A stretch of DNA of 64,000 nt from assembly GCA_964016885.1 (NCBI GenBank), contig OZ024742.1, forward strand, positions 370,822,001 to 370,886,000, written 5' to 3'. Origin of the DNA: Eledone cirrhosa (taxonomy: Eukaryota). The notes beneath the pieces were generated by a model. It saw nothing but the letters and a program-made list of their open reading frames with translations. It searched no databases and had not been told where the DNA came from. Positions 1 through 15,000 of this stretch are shown here, one piece after another; position 1 is the stretch's first letter; every line of letters begins with the position of its first letter. Made by a program: the position numbers and the translations under genes.

Positions 1-3000
1 TTACAGGGTGGTAGGGGCATTAACAGTGTCTGGTGACCTTATAGGGTGGTAGGTGTAGTGACAGTGTCTGGTGACCCTATAGGGTGGTAGGGGTATTGAC
101 AGTGTCTGGTGAACTTACAGGGTGGTAGGGGTGTTCACAGTGTCTGGTGACCTTACAGGGTGGTAGGGGTATTGACAGTGTCTGGTGACCCTATAGGGTG
201 GTAAAGGTATTGACCGTGTCTGGTGACCTTACAGGGTGGTAGGGGTATTGACAGTGTCTGGTGACCCTACATGGTGGTAGGGGCATTGACAGTGTCTGGT
301 GACCCTATAGGGTGGTAGGGGTATTGACAGTGTATGGTGACCTTACAGGGTGGTAGGGGTATTGTCAGTGTCTGGTGACCTTACAGGGTGGTAGGGGTAT
401 TGACAGTGTCTGGTGACCCTACAGGGTTATAGGGGTATTGACAGTGTCTGGTGACCATACAGGGTGGTAGGGGCATTGACAGTGTATGGTAACCTTACAG
501 GGTGGTAGGGGTATTGACAGTGTCTGGTGACCCTACATGGTGGTAGGGTTATTGACAGTGTCTGGTGACCTTATAGGGTGGTAGGTGTAGTGACAGTGTC
601 TGGTGACCCTATAGGGTGGTAGGGGTATTGACAGTGTCTGGTGACCTTACAGGGTGGTAGGGGTGTTCACAGTGTCTGGTGACCTTACAGGGTGGTAGGG
701 GTATTGACAGTGTCTGGTGACCCTATAGGGTGGTAAAGTTATTGACCGTGTCTGGTGACCTTACAGGGTGGTAGGGGTATTGACAGTGTCTGGTGACCCT
801 ACATGGTGGTAGGGGCATTGACAGTGTCTGGTGACCCTATAGGGTGGTAGGGGTATTGACAGTGTATGGTTACCTTAACAGTGTTGTATGGGAATTGACA
901 GTGTCTGGTGACCTTACAGGGTGGTAGGGGTATTGACAGTGTACGGTAACCTTACAGGGTGGTAGGGATTTTGACAGTGTCTAATGGCCCTACAGTGTGG
1001 TAGGGGTATTGACAGTGAATGGTGACCCTACAGAGTGGTACGGTCATTGACAGTGTATCGTGACCTTACAGGGTGGTAGGGGTATTGGCAGTGTCTGGTG
1101 ACCCTACTGTGTGGTAGGGGTATTGAAAGTGTGTTGTGACCCTACAGGGTGGTAGGGGTTTTAACAGTGTATGGTGACCCTACAGGGTGGTACGGGCATT
1201 GACAGTGTCAGGTGACCTTACAGGGTGGTTGTGGTAATGACAGTGTATGGTGACCTTACAGGGTGGTAGGTGTATTGACAGTATATGGTGACCTTACAGG
1301 GTGGTAGGGGTATTGACAGTGTATGGTGACCTTACAGGTTGGTAGGGTTATTGACAGTGTCTAGTGACCTTACAGGCTGGTTGGGCTATTGACAGTGTCT
1401 GGTGACCTTACAGTGTTGTTGTGGTAATGACAGTGTATGGTGAACCTACAGGGTGGTAAGGGTATTGACAGTGTCTGGTGACCCTACAGGGGGGTAGGGG
1501 TATTGACAGTGTCTGGTGACCCTACGGTGGTAGGGGTATTGACAGTGTATGGTGACCCTATAGGGTGGTAGGGGTATTGACAGTGTCTGGTGACCTTACA
1601 GGGTGGTAGGGGTATTGACATTGTATGGTGACCTTACAGGGTGGTAGGGGCATTGACAGTGTATGGTGAGCCTACAGGGTGGTAGGGGCATTAACAGTGT
1701 CTGGTGACCCTACAGTTTGGTAGGGGTATTGACAGTATATGGTGACCCTACAGGGTGGTAGGGGTATTGACAGTGTCTGGTGACCCTATAGTGTGGTAGG
1801 GGTATTGACAGTGTCTGGTGACCTTACAGGGTGGTAGGGGTATTGACAGTGTCTGGTGAACTTACAGGGTGGTTGGGGCATTGACAGTGTCTGGTGACCT
1901 TACAGGGTGGTAGGAGTATACACACTGTCTGGTGACCTTACAAGGTGGTAATGGCATTGACAGTGTATGGTGACATTACAGGGTGATAAGGGTATTGACA
2001 GTGTATGGTGACCTTACAGGGTGGTAGGGGTATTGACATTGTATGGTGACCTTACAGGGTGGTAGGGGTATTGACAGTGTCTGGTGACCTTACAGGGTGG
2101 TAGGGGCATTGACAGTGTATGGTGACCTTACATGGTGGTAGGGGCATTGACTGTGTCTTGTGACCTTACAGGGTGGTAGGGGCATTAACAGTGTCTGGTG
2201 ACCCTACAGTTTGGTAGGGGTATTGACAGTATATGGTGACCCTACAGGGTGGTAGGGGTATTGACAGTGTCTGCTGACCCTATAGGGTGGTAGGGGTATT
2301 GACAGTGTCTGGTGACCTTACAGGGTGGTAGGGGTATTGACAGTATATGGTTACCTTACAGTGTGATAGGGGTATTAACAGTGTATGGTGACCTTATAGG
2401 GTGGTAGGGGTATTGACAGTGTATGGTGACCTTACAGGGTGGTAGGGATATTGACAGTGTCTGGTGAACTTACAGGGTGGTTGGGGCATTGACAGTGTAT
2501 GGTGACCCCACAGGGTGGTACGGGCATTGACAGTGTCTGGTTACCTTACAGGGTGGTAGGGGCATTGACAGTGTCTGGTGACCTTACAGAGTGGTAGGGT
2601 TATTCACAGTCTCTGGTGATCCTACAGGGTGGTAGGGGCATTGACAGTGTCTAGTGAACCTACAGTGTGGTAGGGGTATTGACAGTGTCTAATGACCCTA
2701 CAGGGTGGTAGGGGTATTGACAGTGTCTGGTGATTTTACAGGGTGGTAGGGGTGTTCACAGTGTCTGGTGACCTTACAGGGTGGTAAGGGTATTGACAGT
2801 GTCTGGTGACCCTACAGGGTGGTAGGGGTATTGACAGTGTCTGGTGACCCTATAGGGTGGTACGGGTATTGACAGTGTATGGTGACCGTATAGGGTGGTA
2901 GGGGTTTTGACAGTGTATGGTGATCCTACAGGGTGGTAGGGGTATTGACAGTGTCTGGTCACCCTACAGGGTGGTAGGGGCATTGAGAGTGTCTGGTGAC

Positions 3001-6000
3001 CTTACAGGGTGGTAGAAGTATTGACAGTGTCTGTTGACCTTACAGGGTGGTAGTGGTATTGACAGTGTATGGTGACCTTACAGGGTGGTAGGGGTGTTGA
3101 CACTGTCTGGTGACCTTACAGGGTGGTAGAAGTATTGACAGTGTCTGGTGACCTTACAGGGTGGTAGGGGTATTGACAGTGTCTGGTGACCCTATAGGGT
3201 GGTACGTGTATTGACAGTGTATGGTGACCGTATAGGGTGGTAGGGGTTTTGACAGTGTATGGTGATCCTACAGGGTGGTAGCGGCATTGAGAGTGTCTGG
3301 TGACCTTACAGGGTGGTAGAAGTATTGACAGTGTCTGGTGACCTTACAGGGTGGTAGTGGTATTGACAGTGTATGGTGACCTTACAGGGAGATAGGGGTA
3401 TTTACAGTGTCTGGTGAACGTACAGGGTAGTAGGGGCATTGACAGTGTCTAGTGAACCTACAGGGTGGTAGGGGTATTGACAGTGTCTAATGACCCTACA
3501 GGGTGGTAGGGGTATTGACAGTGTATGGTGACCCCACAGGGTGGGAGGAGCATTGACAGTGTCTGGTTACCTTACAGAGTGGTAGGGGCATTGACAGTGT
3601 CTGGTGACCTTACAGGGTGGTAGGGGTATTCACAGTCTCTAGTGACCCTACAGGGTGGTAGGGGCATTGACAGTGTCTAGTGAACCTACAGGGTGGTAGG
3701 GGTATTGACAGTGTCTAATGACCCTACAGGGTGGTAGGGGTATTGACAGTGTATGGTGACCTTACAGGGTGGTAGGGGTATTGACAGTGTCTGGTGACCT
3801 TACAGGGTGGTAGGGGCATTGACAGTGTCTGGTGACCCTATAGGGTGGTAGGGGTATTGACAGTGTATGGTGACCTTACAGGGTGGTAGGGGTATTGTCA
3901 GTGTCTGGTGACCTTACAGGGTGGTAGGGGTATTGACAGTGTCTGGTGACCCTACAGGGTTATAGGGGTATTGACAGTGTCTGGTGACCATACAGGGTGG
4001 TAGGGGCATTGACAGTGTATGGTAACCTTACAGGGTGGTAGGGGTATTGACAGTGTCTGGTGACCCTACAGGGTGGTAGGGTTATTGACAGTGTCTGGTG
4101 ACCTTATAGGGTGGTAGGTGTAGTGACAGTGTCTGGTGACCCTATAGGGTGGTAGGGGTATTGACAGTGTCTGGTGACCTTACAGGGTGGTAGGGGTGTT
4201 CACAGTGTCTGGTGACCTTACAGGGTGGTAGGGGTATTGACAGTGTCTGGTGACCCTATAGGGTGGTAAATTTATTGACCGTGTCTGGTGACCTTACAGG
4301 GTGGTAGGGGTATTGACAGTGTCTGGTGACCCTACATGGTGGTAGGGGCATTGACAGTGTCTGGTGACCCTATAGGGTGGTAGGGGTATTGACAGTGTAT
4401 GGTGACCTTAACAGTGTTGTATGGGCATTGACAGTGTCTGGTGACCTTACAGGGTAGTAGGGGTATTGACAGTGTACGGTAACCTTACAGGGTGGTAGGG
4501 ATTTTGACAGTGTCTGATGGCCCTACAGGGTGGTAGGGGTATTGACAGTGAATGGTGACCCTACAGAGTGGTACGGTCATTGACAGTGTATCGTGACCTT
4601 ACAGGGTGGTAGGGGTATTGAAAGTGTGTTGTGACCCTACAGGGTGGTAGGGGCATTGACAGTGTCTAGTGACCCTACAGGGTGGTAGGGGTATTGACAG
4701 TGTCTAGTGACCCTACAGGGTGGTAGGGGTTTTGACAGTGTATGGTGACCCTACAGGGTGGTACGGGCATTGACAGTGTCAGGTGACCTTACAGGGTGGT
4801 TGTGGTAATGACAGTGTATGGTGACCTTACAGGGTGGTAGGTGTATTGACAGTATATGGTGACCTTACAGGGTGGTAGGGGTATTGACAGTGTATGGTGA
4901 CCTTACAGGTTGGTAGGGTTATTGACAGTGTCTAGTGACCTTACAGGCTGGTTGGGCTATTGACAGTGTCTGGTGACCTTACAGTGTTGTTGTGGTAATG
5001 ACAGTGTATGGTGAACCTACAGGGTGGTAAGGGTATTGACAGTGTCTGGTGACCCTACAGGGGGGTAGGGGTATTGACAGTGTCTGGTGACCCTATAGGG
5101 TGGTAGGGGTATTGACAGTGTCTGGTGACCTTACAGGGTGGTAGGAGTATACACACTGTCTGGTGACCTTACAAGGTGGTAATGGCATTGACAGTGTATG
5201 GTGACATTACAGGGTGGTAAGGGTATTGACAGTGTATGGTGACCTTACAGGGTGGTAGGGGTATTGACATTGTATGGTGACCTTACAGGGTGGTAGGGGT
5301 ATTGACAGTGTCTGGTGACCTTACAGGGTGGTAGGGGCATTGACAGTGTATGGTGAGCCTACAGGGTGGTAGGGGCATTGACAGTGTATGGTGATCTTAC
5401 ATGGTGGTAGGGGCATTGACTGTGTCTTGTGACCTTACAGGGTGGTAGGGGCATTAACAGTGTCTGGTGACCCTACAGTTTGGTAGGGGTATTGACAGTA
5501 TATGGTGACCCTACAGGGTGGTAGGGGTATTGACAGTGTCTGGTGACCCTATAGGGTGGTAGGGGTATTGACAGTGTCTGGTGACCTTACAGGGTGGTAG
5601 GGGTATTGACAGTATATGGTTACCTTACAGTGTGATAGGGGTATTAACAGTGTATGGTGACCTTATAGGGTGGTAGGGGTATTGACAGTGTATGGTGACC
5701 TTACAGGGTGGTAGGGATATTGACAGTGTCTGGTGAACTTACAGGGTGGTTGGGGCATTGACAGTGTATGGTGACCCCACAGGGTGGTACGGGCATTGAC
5801 AGTGTCTGGTTACCTTACAGGGTGGTAGGGGCATTGACAGTGTCTGGTGACCTTACAGGGTGGTAGGGTTATTCACAGTCTCTGGTGATCCTACAGGGTG
5901 GTAGGGGCATTGACAGTGTCTAGTGAACCTACAGTGTGGTAGGGGTATTGACAGTGTCTAATGACCCTACAGGGTGGTAGGGGTATTGACAGTGTCTGGT

Positions 6001-9000
6001 GATTTTACAGGGTGGTAGGGGTGTTCACAGTGTCTGGTGACCTTACAGGGTGGTAAGGGTATTGACAGTGTCTGGTGACCCTACAGGGTGGTAGGGGTAT
6101 TGACAGTGTCTGGTGACCCTATAGGGTGGTACGGGTATTGACAGTGTATGGTGACCGTATAGGGTGGTAGGGGTTTTGACAGTGTATGGTGATCCTACAG
6201 GGTGGTAGGGGTATTGACAGTGTCTGGTGACCTTACAGGGTGGTAGTGGTATTGACAGTGTATGGTGACCTTACAGGGTGGTAGGGGTATTTACAGTGTC
6301 TGGTGAAAGTACAGGGTGGTAGGGGCATTGACAGTGTCTGGTGACTTTACAGGGAGGTAGGGGTATTGACAGTGTATGGTGACCTTACAGGGTGGTAGGG
6401 GTATGTACAGTGTATGGTGACCTTACAGGGTGGTAAGGGTATTGACAGTGTATGGTGACCTTACAGGGTGGTAGGGGCATTGACAGTGTATGGTGACCCC
6501 ACAGTGTGGGAGGGGCTTTGACAGTGTCTGGTTACCTTACAAGGTGGTAGTGGCATTCACAGTGTATGGTGACATTACAAGGTGGTAAGTGTATTGACAG
6601 TGTATGGTGACCTTACAGGGTGGTAGGGGTATTGACAGTGTCTGGTGACCTTACATGATAGTAGGGGCATTGACAGTGTATGTTGAGCCTACAGGGTGGT
6701 AGGGGTATTTACAGTGTCTGGTGAACGTACAGGGTGGTAGGGGCATTGACAGTGTATGGTGACCTTACAGGGAGATAGGGGTATTTACAGTGTCTGGTGA
6801 ACGTACAGGGTAGTAGGGGCATTGACAGTGTCTGGTGACTTTACAGGGTGGTAGGGGTATTGACAGTGTCTGGTGACCTTACAGGGTGGTAGGGGTATTG
6901 ACAGTGTATGGTGACCTTACAGGGTGGTAAGGGTATTGACAGTGTATGGCGACCTTACAGGGTGGTAGGGGTATTGACAGTGTCTGGTGACCTTACAGGG
7001 TGGTAGGGGCATTGACAGTGTATGGTGACCCCACAGGGTGGGAGGGGCATTGACAGTGTCTGGTTACCTTACAGGGTGGTAGGGGCATTGACAGTGTCTG
7101 GTGACCTTACAGGGTGGTAGGGATATTCACAGTCTCTAGTGACCCTACAGGGTGGTAGAGGCATTGACAGTGTCTAGTGAACCTACAGGGTGGTAGGGGT
7201 ATTGACAGTGTCTAATGACCCTACAGGGTGGTAGGGGTATTGACAGTGTATGGTGACCTTACAGGGTGGTAGGGGTATTGACAGTGTCTGGTGACCTTAC
7301 AGGGTGGTAGGGGCATTGACAGTGTATGGTGACCCCACAGGGTGGGAGGGGCATTGACAGTGTCTGGTTACCTTACAGGGTGGTAGGGGCATTGACAGTG
7401 TCTAGTGACCTTACAGGGTGGTAGGGGTATTCACAGTCTCTAGTGACCCTACAGGGTGGTAGGGGCATTGACAGTGTCTAGTGAACCTACAGGGTGGTAG
7501 GGGTATTGACAGTGTCTAATGACCCTACAGGGTGGTACGGGCATTGACAGTGTCTGGTGACCTTACAGGATGGTTGTGGTAATGACAGTGTATGGTGACC
7601 TTACAGGGTGGTAGGTGTATTGACAGTATATGGTGACCTTACAGGGTGGTAGGGGTATTGACAGTGTATGATGACCTTACAGGGTGGTAGGGTTATTGAC
7701 AGTGTATGGTGACCTTACAGGCTGGTTGGGGTATTGTCAGTGTCTGGTGACCTTACAGGGTGGTACGGGCATTGACAGTGTCTGGTGACCTTACAGGGTG
7801 GTTGTGGTAATGACAGTATATGGTGAACATACAGGGTGGTAGGGGTATTGACAGTGTCTGGTGACCCTAGGGTGGTAGGGGTATTGACAGCGTATGGTGA
7901 CACTATAGGGTGGTAGGGGTATTGACAGTGTCTGGTTAACCTACAGGGTGGTAGGGGTATTGACAGTGTCTGGTGACATTACAGGGTGGTAAGGGTATTG
8001 ACAGTGTATGGTGACCTTACAGGGTGGTAGGGGTATTGACATTGTATGGTGACCTTACAGGGTGGTAGGGGTATTGACAGTGTCTGGTGACCTTACAGGG
8101 TAGTAGGGGCATTGACAGTGTATGGTGAGCCTACAGGGTGGTAGTGGTATTGACAGTGTCTGGTGAAAGTACAGGGTGGTAGGGGTATTTACAGTGTCTG
8201 GTGAACGTACAGGGTGTTAGGGGCATTGACAGTGTATGGTGACCTTACAGGGTGGTAGGGGTATTTACAGTGTCTGGTGAACGTACAGGGTGGTAGGGGC
8301 ATTGACAGTGTATGGTGACCTTACAGGGTGGTAGGGGTATTTACAGTGTCTGGTGAACGTACAGGGTGGTAGGGATATTGACAGTGTATGGTGACCTTAC
8401 AGGGTGGTAGGGGTTTTCACAGTGTCTGGTGACCTTACAGGGTGGTAGGGGTATTGACAGTGCCTGGTGACCCTATAGGGTTGTAGGGGTATTGACAGTG
8501 TCTGGTGACCTTACAGGGTGGTAGGGGTATTGACAGTGTCTGGTGACCCTACATGGTGGTAGGGGCATTGAGAGTGTCTGGTGACCCTATAGGGTGGTAG
8601 GGGTATTGACAGTGTATGGTGACCCTATAGGGTGGTAGGGGTATTGACAGTGTCTGGTGCGCCTACAGAGTGGTAGGGGTATTGATAGTGTATGGTGACA
8701 CTATAGGGTGGTACGTGTATTGAGAGTGTATGGTGACTCTATAGGGTGGTACGGGTATTGAGAGTGTATGGTGACCCTATAGGGTGGTAGGGGTATTAAC
8801 AGTGTATGGTGATCCTACAGGGTGGTAGGGGTATTGACAGTGTCTGGTGACCCTACAGGGTGGTAGGGGCATTGAGAGTGTCTGGTGACCTTAACATGGT
8901 TGTAGGCGTGTTGACACTGTCTGGTGAACTTACAGGGTGGTAGGGGTATTGACAGTGTCTGGTGTCCTTCCAGGGTGATAGTGGTATTGACAGTGTATGG

Positions 9001-12000
9001 TGACCTTACAGGGTGGTAGGGGTATTGACAGTGTCTGGTGACCTTATAGGGTGGTAGGGGTATTGACAGTGTCTGGTCACCCTACAGGGTGGTAGGGGCA
9101 TTGACAGTGTCTAGTGACCCTACAGGGTGGTAGGGGTATTGACAGTGTCTGGTTACCTTACAGGGTGGTAGGGGTATTTACAGTGTCTGTTGACCTTACA
9201 GGGTGGTAGGGGTATTGACAGTGTATGGTGGCCCCACGGGGTGGTACGGGCATTAACAGTGTCTGGTTACCTTACAGTGTGGTAGGGGTATTTACAGTGT
9301 CTGTTGACCTTACAGGGTGGTAGGGGTATTGACAGTGTCTGGTCACCCTACAGGGTGGTAGGGGCATTGACAGTGTCTAGTGACCCTACAGGGTGGTAGG
9401 GGTATTGACAGTGTCTAGTGACTTTACAGGGTTATAGGGCTATTGACAGTGTCTGGTGACTTTACAGGGTGGTAGGGGTATTGACAGTGTATGGTGAGCT
9501 TACAGGGTGGTAGGGGTATTGACATCGTCTGGTGAACTTACAGGGTGGTAGGGGCATTGACAGTGTCTGGTGACTTTACAGGGTGGTAGGGGTATTGACA
9601 GTGTATGGTGACCTTACAGGGTGGTAGGGGTATTGACAGTGTATTGTGACCTTACATGGTGGTAAGGGTATTGACAGTGTATGGTGACCTTACAGGGGGG
9701 TAGGGGCATTGACAGTGTATGGTGACCTTACAGGGTGGTAGGGGTATTGACAGTATATGGTTACCTTACAAGGTGATAGGGGTATTGACAGTGTATGGTG
9801 ACATTATAGGGTGGTAGGGTTATTGACAGTGTATGGTGACCTTACAGGGTGGTAGGGATATTGACAGTGTCTGGTGAACTTACAGGGTGGTTGGGGCACT
9901 GACAGTGTATGGTGACCCCACAGGGTGGTACGGGCATTGACAGTGTCTGGTTACCTTACAGGGTGGTAGGGGCATTGACAGTGTCTGGTGATCTTACAGG
10001 GTGGTGGGGGTATTCACAGTCTCTGGTGATCCTACAGGGTGGTAGGGGCATTGACAGTGTCTAGTGAACCTACAGGGTGGTAGGGGTATTGACAGTGTCT
10101 GGTGACCCTACAGGGTGGTAGGGGCATTGAGAGTGTCTGGTGACCTTAACATGGTTGTAGGCGTGTTGACACTGTCTGGTGAACTTACAGGGTGGTAAGT
10201 GTATTGACAGTGTATGGTGACCTTACAGGGTGGTAGGGGTATTGACAGTGTCTGGTGACCTAATAGGGTGGTAGGGGTATTGACAGTGTCTGGTCACCCT
10301 ACAGGGTGGTAGGGGTATTGACAGTGTCTGGTTACCTTACAGGGTGGTAGGGGTATTTACAGTGTCTGTTGACCTTACAGGGTGGTAGGGTATTGACAGT
10401 GTATGGTGGCCCCACGGGGTGGTACGGGCATTAACAGTGTCTGGTTACCTTACAGGGTGGTAGGGGTATTTACAGTGTCTGTTGACCTTACAGGGTTGTA
10501 GGGGTATTGACAGTGTCTGGTCACCCTACAGGGTGGTAGGGGCATTGACAGTGTCTAGTGACCCTACAGGGTAGTAGGGGTATTGACAGTGTCTAGTGAC
10601 TTTACAGGGTTATAGGGGTATTGACAGTGTCTGGTGACTTTACAGGGTGGTAGGGGTATTGACAGTGTATGGTGACCTTACAGGGTGGTAGGGGTATTGA
10701 CATCGTCTGGTGAACTTACAGGGTGGTAGGGGCATTGACAGTGTCTGGTGACTTTACAGGGTGGTAGGGGTATTGACAGTGTATGGTGACCTTACAGGGT
10801 GGTAGAAGTATTGACAGTGTATTGTGACCTTACAGGGTGGTAAGGGTATTGACAGTGTATGGTGACCTTACAGGGGGGTAGGGGCATTGACAGTGTATGG
10901 TGAACTTACAGGGTGGTTGGGGCACTGACAGTGTATGGTGACCCCACAGGGTGGTACGGGCATTGACAGTGTCTGGTTACCTTACAGGGTGGTAGGGGCA
11001 TTGACAGTGTCTGGTGATCTTACAGGGTGGTGGGTGTATTCACAGTCTCTGGTGATCCTACAGGGTGGTAGGGGCATTGACAGTGTCTAGTGAACCTACA
11101 GGGTGGTAGGGGTATTGACAGTGTCTGGTGATTTTACAGGGTGGTAGGGGTGTTCACAGTGTCTGGTGACCTAACAGGGTGGTAAGGGTATTGACAGTGT
11201 CTGGTGACCCTACAGGGTGGTAGGGGTATTGACAGTGTCTGGTGACCCTATAGGGTGGTACGGGTATTGACAGTGTATGGTGACCCTACAGGGTGGTAGG
11301 GGTATTGACAGTGTCTGGTAACCCTATAGGGTGGTAGGGGTATTGACAGTGTCTGGTGATCTTACAGGGTGGTAGGGGTGTTCACAGTGTCTGGTGACCT
11401 TACAGGGTGGTAAGGGTATTGACAGTGTCTGGTGACCCTACAGGGTGGTAGGGTTATTGACAGTGTATGGTGACCCTACAGGGTGGTAGGGGTATTGACA
11501 GTGTCTGGTGACCCTATAGGGTGGTAGGGGTATTGACAGTCTCTGGTGATCTTACAGGGTGGTAGGCGTGTTCACAGTGTCTGGTGACCTTACAGGGTGG
11601 TAAGGGTATTGACAGTGTCTGGTGACCCTATAGGGTGGTAGGGGTATTGACAGTGTATGGTGACCCTATAGGGTGGTAGGCGTATTGACAGTGTCTGGTG
11701 CGCCTACAGAGTGGTAGGGGTATTGACAGTGTCTGGTGACCCTATAGGGTGGTATGGGTATTGACATTGTCTGGTGACCCTATAGGGTGGTATGGGTATT
11801 GACAGTGTCTGGTGACCTTAACATGGTTGTAGGGGTGTTGACACTGTCTGGTGAACTTACAGGGTGGTAGGGGTATTGACAGTGTCTGGTGACCTTACAG
11901 GGTGGTAGGGGCATTGACAGTGTCTGGGGACCTTACAGGGTGGTAGGGGCATTGACAGTGTCTGGTGACCATACAGGGTGATAGTGGTATTGACAGTGTA

Positions 12001-15000
12001 TGGTGACCTAACAGGGTGGTAGGGGTATTGACAGTGTCTGGTGACTTTACAGGGGGGTAGGTGTATTGACAGTATATTGTGACCTTACAGGGTGATAGGG
12101 GTATTGACAGTGTATGGTGACCTTACAGGGTGGTAGGAGTATTGACAGTGTATAGTGACCTTACAGGGTGGTAGGGGTATTGACAGTGTCTGGTGGCCCC
12201 ACAGGGTGTTACGGGCATTAACAGTGTCTGGTTACCTTACAGGGTGGTAGGGGTATTGACAGTGTCTGTTGATCTTACAGGGTGGTAGGGGTATTGACAG
12301 TGTCTGGTGACCCTACAGGGTGGTAGGGGTGTTGACAGTGTCTAGTGACCCTACAGGGTGGTAGGGGTATTGACAGTGTCTAGTGGCTTTACAGGGTGGT
12401 AGGGGTATTGACAGTGTATGGTGACCTTACAGGGTGGTAGGGGTATTGACAGTGTATGGTGACCTTACAGGGTGGTAGGGGCATTGACAGTGTCTGGTGA
12501 CCTTACAGGGTAGTAGGGGCATTGACAGTGTATGGTGAGCCTACAGGGTGGTAGTGGTATTGACAGTGTCTGGTGAAAGTACAGGGTGGTAGGGGTATTT
12601 ACAGTGTCTGGTGAACGTACAGGGTGTTAGGGGCATTGACAGTGTATGGTGACCTTACAGGGTGGTAGGGGTATTTACAGTGTCTGGTGAACGTACAGGG
12701 TGGTAGGGGCATTGACAGTGTATGGTGACCTTACAGGGTGGTAGGGGTATTTACAGTGTCTGGTGAACGTACAGGGTGGTAGGGATATTGACAGTGTATG
12801 GTGACCTTACAGGGTGGTAGGGGTGTTCACAGTGTCTGGTGACCTTACAGGGTGGTAGGGGTATTGACAGTGCCTGGTGACCCTATAGGGTTGTAGGGGT
12901 ATTGACAGTGTCTGGTGACCTTACAGGGTGGTAGGGGTATTGACAGTGTCTGGTGACCCTACATGGTGGTAGGGGCATTGAGAGTGTCTGGTGACCCTAT
13001 AGGGTGGTAGGGGTATTGACAGTGTATGGTGACCCTATAGGGTGGTAGGGGTATTGACAGTGTCTGGTGCGCCTACAGAGTGGTAGGGGTATTGATAGTG
13101 TATGGTGACACTATAGGGTGGTACGTGTATTGAGAGTGTATGGTGACTCTATAGGGTGGTACGGGTATTGAGAGTGTATGGTGACCCTATAGGGTGGTAG
13201 GGGTATTAACAGTGTATGGTGATCCTACAGGGTGGTAGGGGTATTGACAGTGTCTGGTGACCCTACAGGGTGGTAGGGGCATTGAGAGTGTCTGGTGACC
13301 TTAACATGGTTGTAGGCGTGTTGACACTGTCTGGTGAACTTACAGGGTGGTAGGGGTATTGACAGTGTCTGGTGTCCTTCCAGGGTGATAGTGGTATTGA
13401 CAGTGTATGGTGACCTTACAGGGTGGTATGGGTATTGACAGTGTCTGGTGACCTTATAGGGTGGTAGGGGTATTGACAGTGTCTGGTCACCCTACAGGGT
13501 GGTAGGGGCATTGACAGTGTCTAGTGACCCTACAGGGTGGTAGGGGTATTGACAGTGTCTGGTTACCTTACAGGGTGGTAGGGGTATTTACAGTGTCTGT
13601 TGACCTTACAGGGTGGTAGGGGTATTGACAGTGTATGGTGGCCCCACGGGGTGGTACGGGCATTAACAGTGTCTGGTTACCTTACAGTGTGGTAGGGGTA
13701 TTTACAGTGTCTGTTGACCTTACAGGGTGGTAGGGGTATTGACAGTGTCTGGTCACCCTACAGGGTGGTAGGGGCATTGACAGTGTCTAGTGACCCTACA
13801 GGGTGGTAGGGGTATTGACAGTGTCTAGTGACTTTACAGGGTTATAGGGCTATTGACAGTGTCTGGTGACTTTACAGGGTGGTAGGGGTATTGACAGTGT
13901 ATGGTGACCTTACAGGGTGGTAGGGGTATTGACATCGTCTGGTGAACTTACAGGGTGGTAGGGGCATTGACAGTGTCTGGTGACTTTACAGGGTGGTAGG
14001 GGTATTGACAGTGTATGGTGACCTTACAGGGTGGTAGGGGTATTGACAGTGTATTGTGACCTTACATGGTGGTAAGGGTATTGACAGTGTATGGTGACCT
14101 TACAGGGGGGTAGGGGCATTGACAGTGTATGGTGACCTTACAGGGTGGTAGGGGTATTGACAGTATATGGTTACCTTACAGGGTGATAGGGGTATTGACA
14201 GTGTATGGTGACCTTATAGGGTGGTAGGGTTATTGACAGTGTATGGTGACCTTACAGGGTGGTAGGGATATTGACAGTGTCTGGTGAACTTACAGGGTGG
14301 TTGGGGCACTGACAGTGTATGGTGACCCCACAGGGTGGTACGGGCATTGACAGTGTCTGGTTACCTTACAGGGTGGTAGGGGCATTGACAGTGTCTGGTG
14401 ATCTTACAGGGTGGTGGGGGTATTCACAGTCTCTGGTGATCCTACAGGGTGGTAGGGGCATTGACAGTGTCTAGTGAACCTACAGGGTGGTAGGGGTATT
14501 GACAGTGTCTGGTGACCCTACAGGGTGGTAGGGGCATTGAGAGTGTCTGGTGACCTTAACATGGTTGTAGGCGTGTTGACACTGTCTGGTGAACTTACAG
14601 GGTGGTAAGTGTATTGACAGTGTATGGTGACCTTACAGGGTGGTAGGGGTATTGACAGTGTCTGGTGACCTAATAGGGTGGTAGGGGTATTGACAGTGTC
14701 TGGTCACCCTACAGGGTGGTAGGGGTATTGACAGTGTCTGGTTACCTTACAGGGTGGTAGGGGTATTTACAGTGTCTGTTGACCTTACAGGGTGGTAGGG
14801 TATTGACAGTGTATGGTGGCCCCACGGGGTGGTACGGGCATTAACAGTGTCTGGTTACCTTACAGGGTGGTAGGGGTATTTACAGTGTCTGTTGACCTTA
14901 CAGGGTTGTAGGGGTATTGACAGTGTCTGGTCACCCTACAGGGTGGTAGGGGCATTGACAGTGTCTAGTGACCCTACAGGGTAGTAGGGGTATTGACAGT

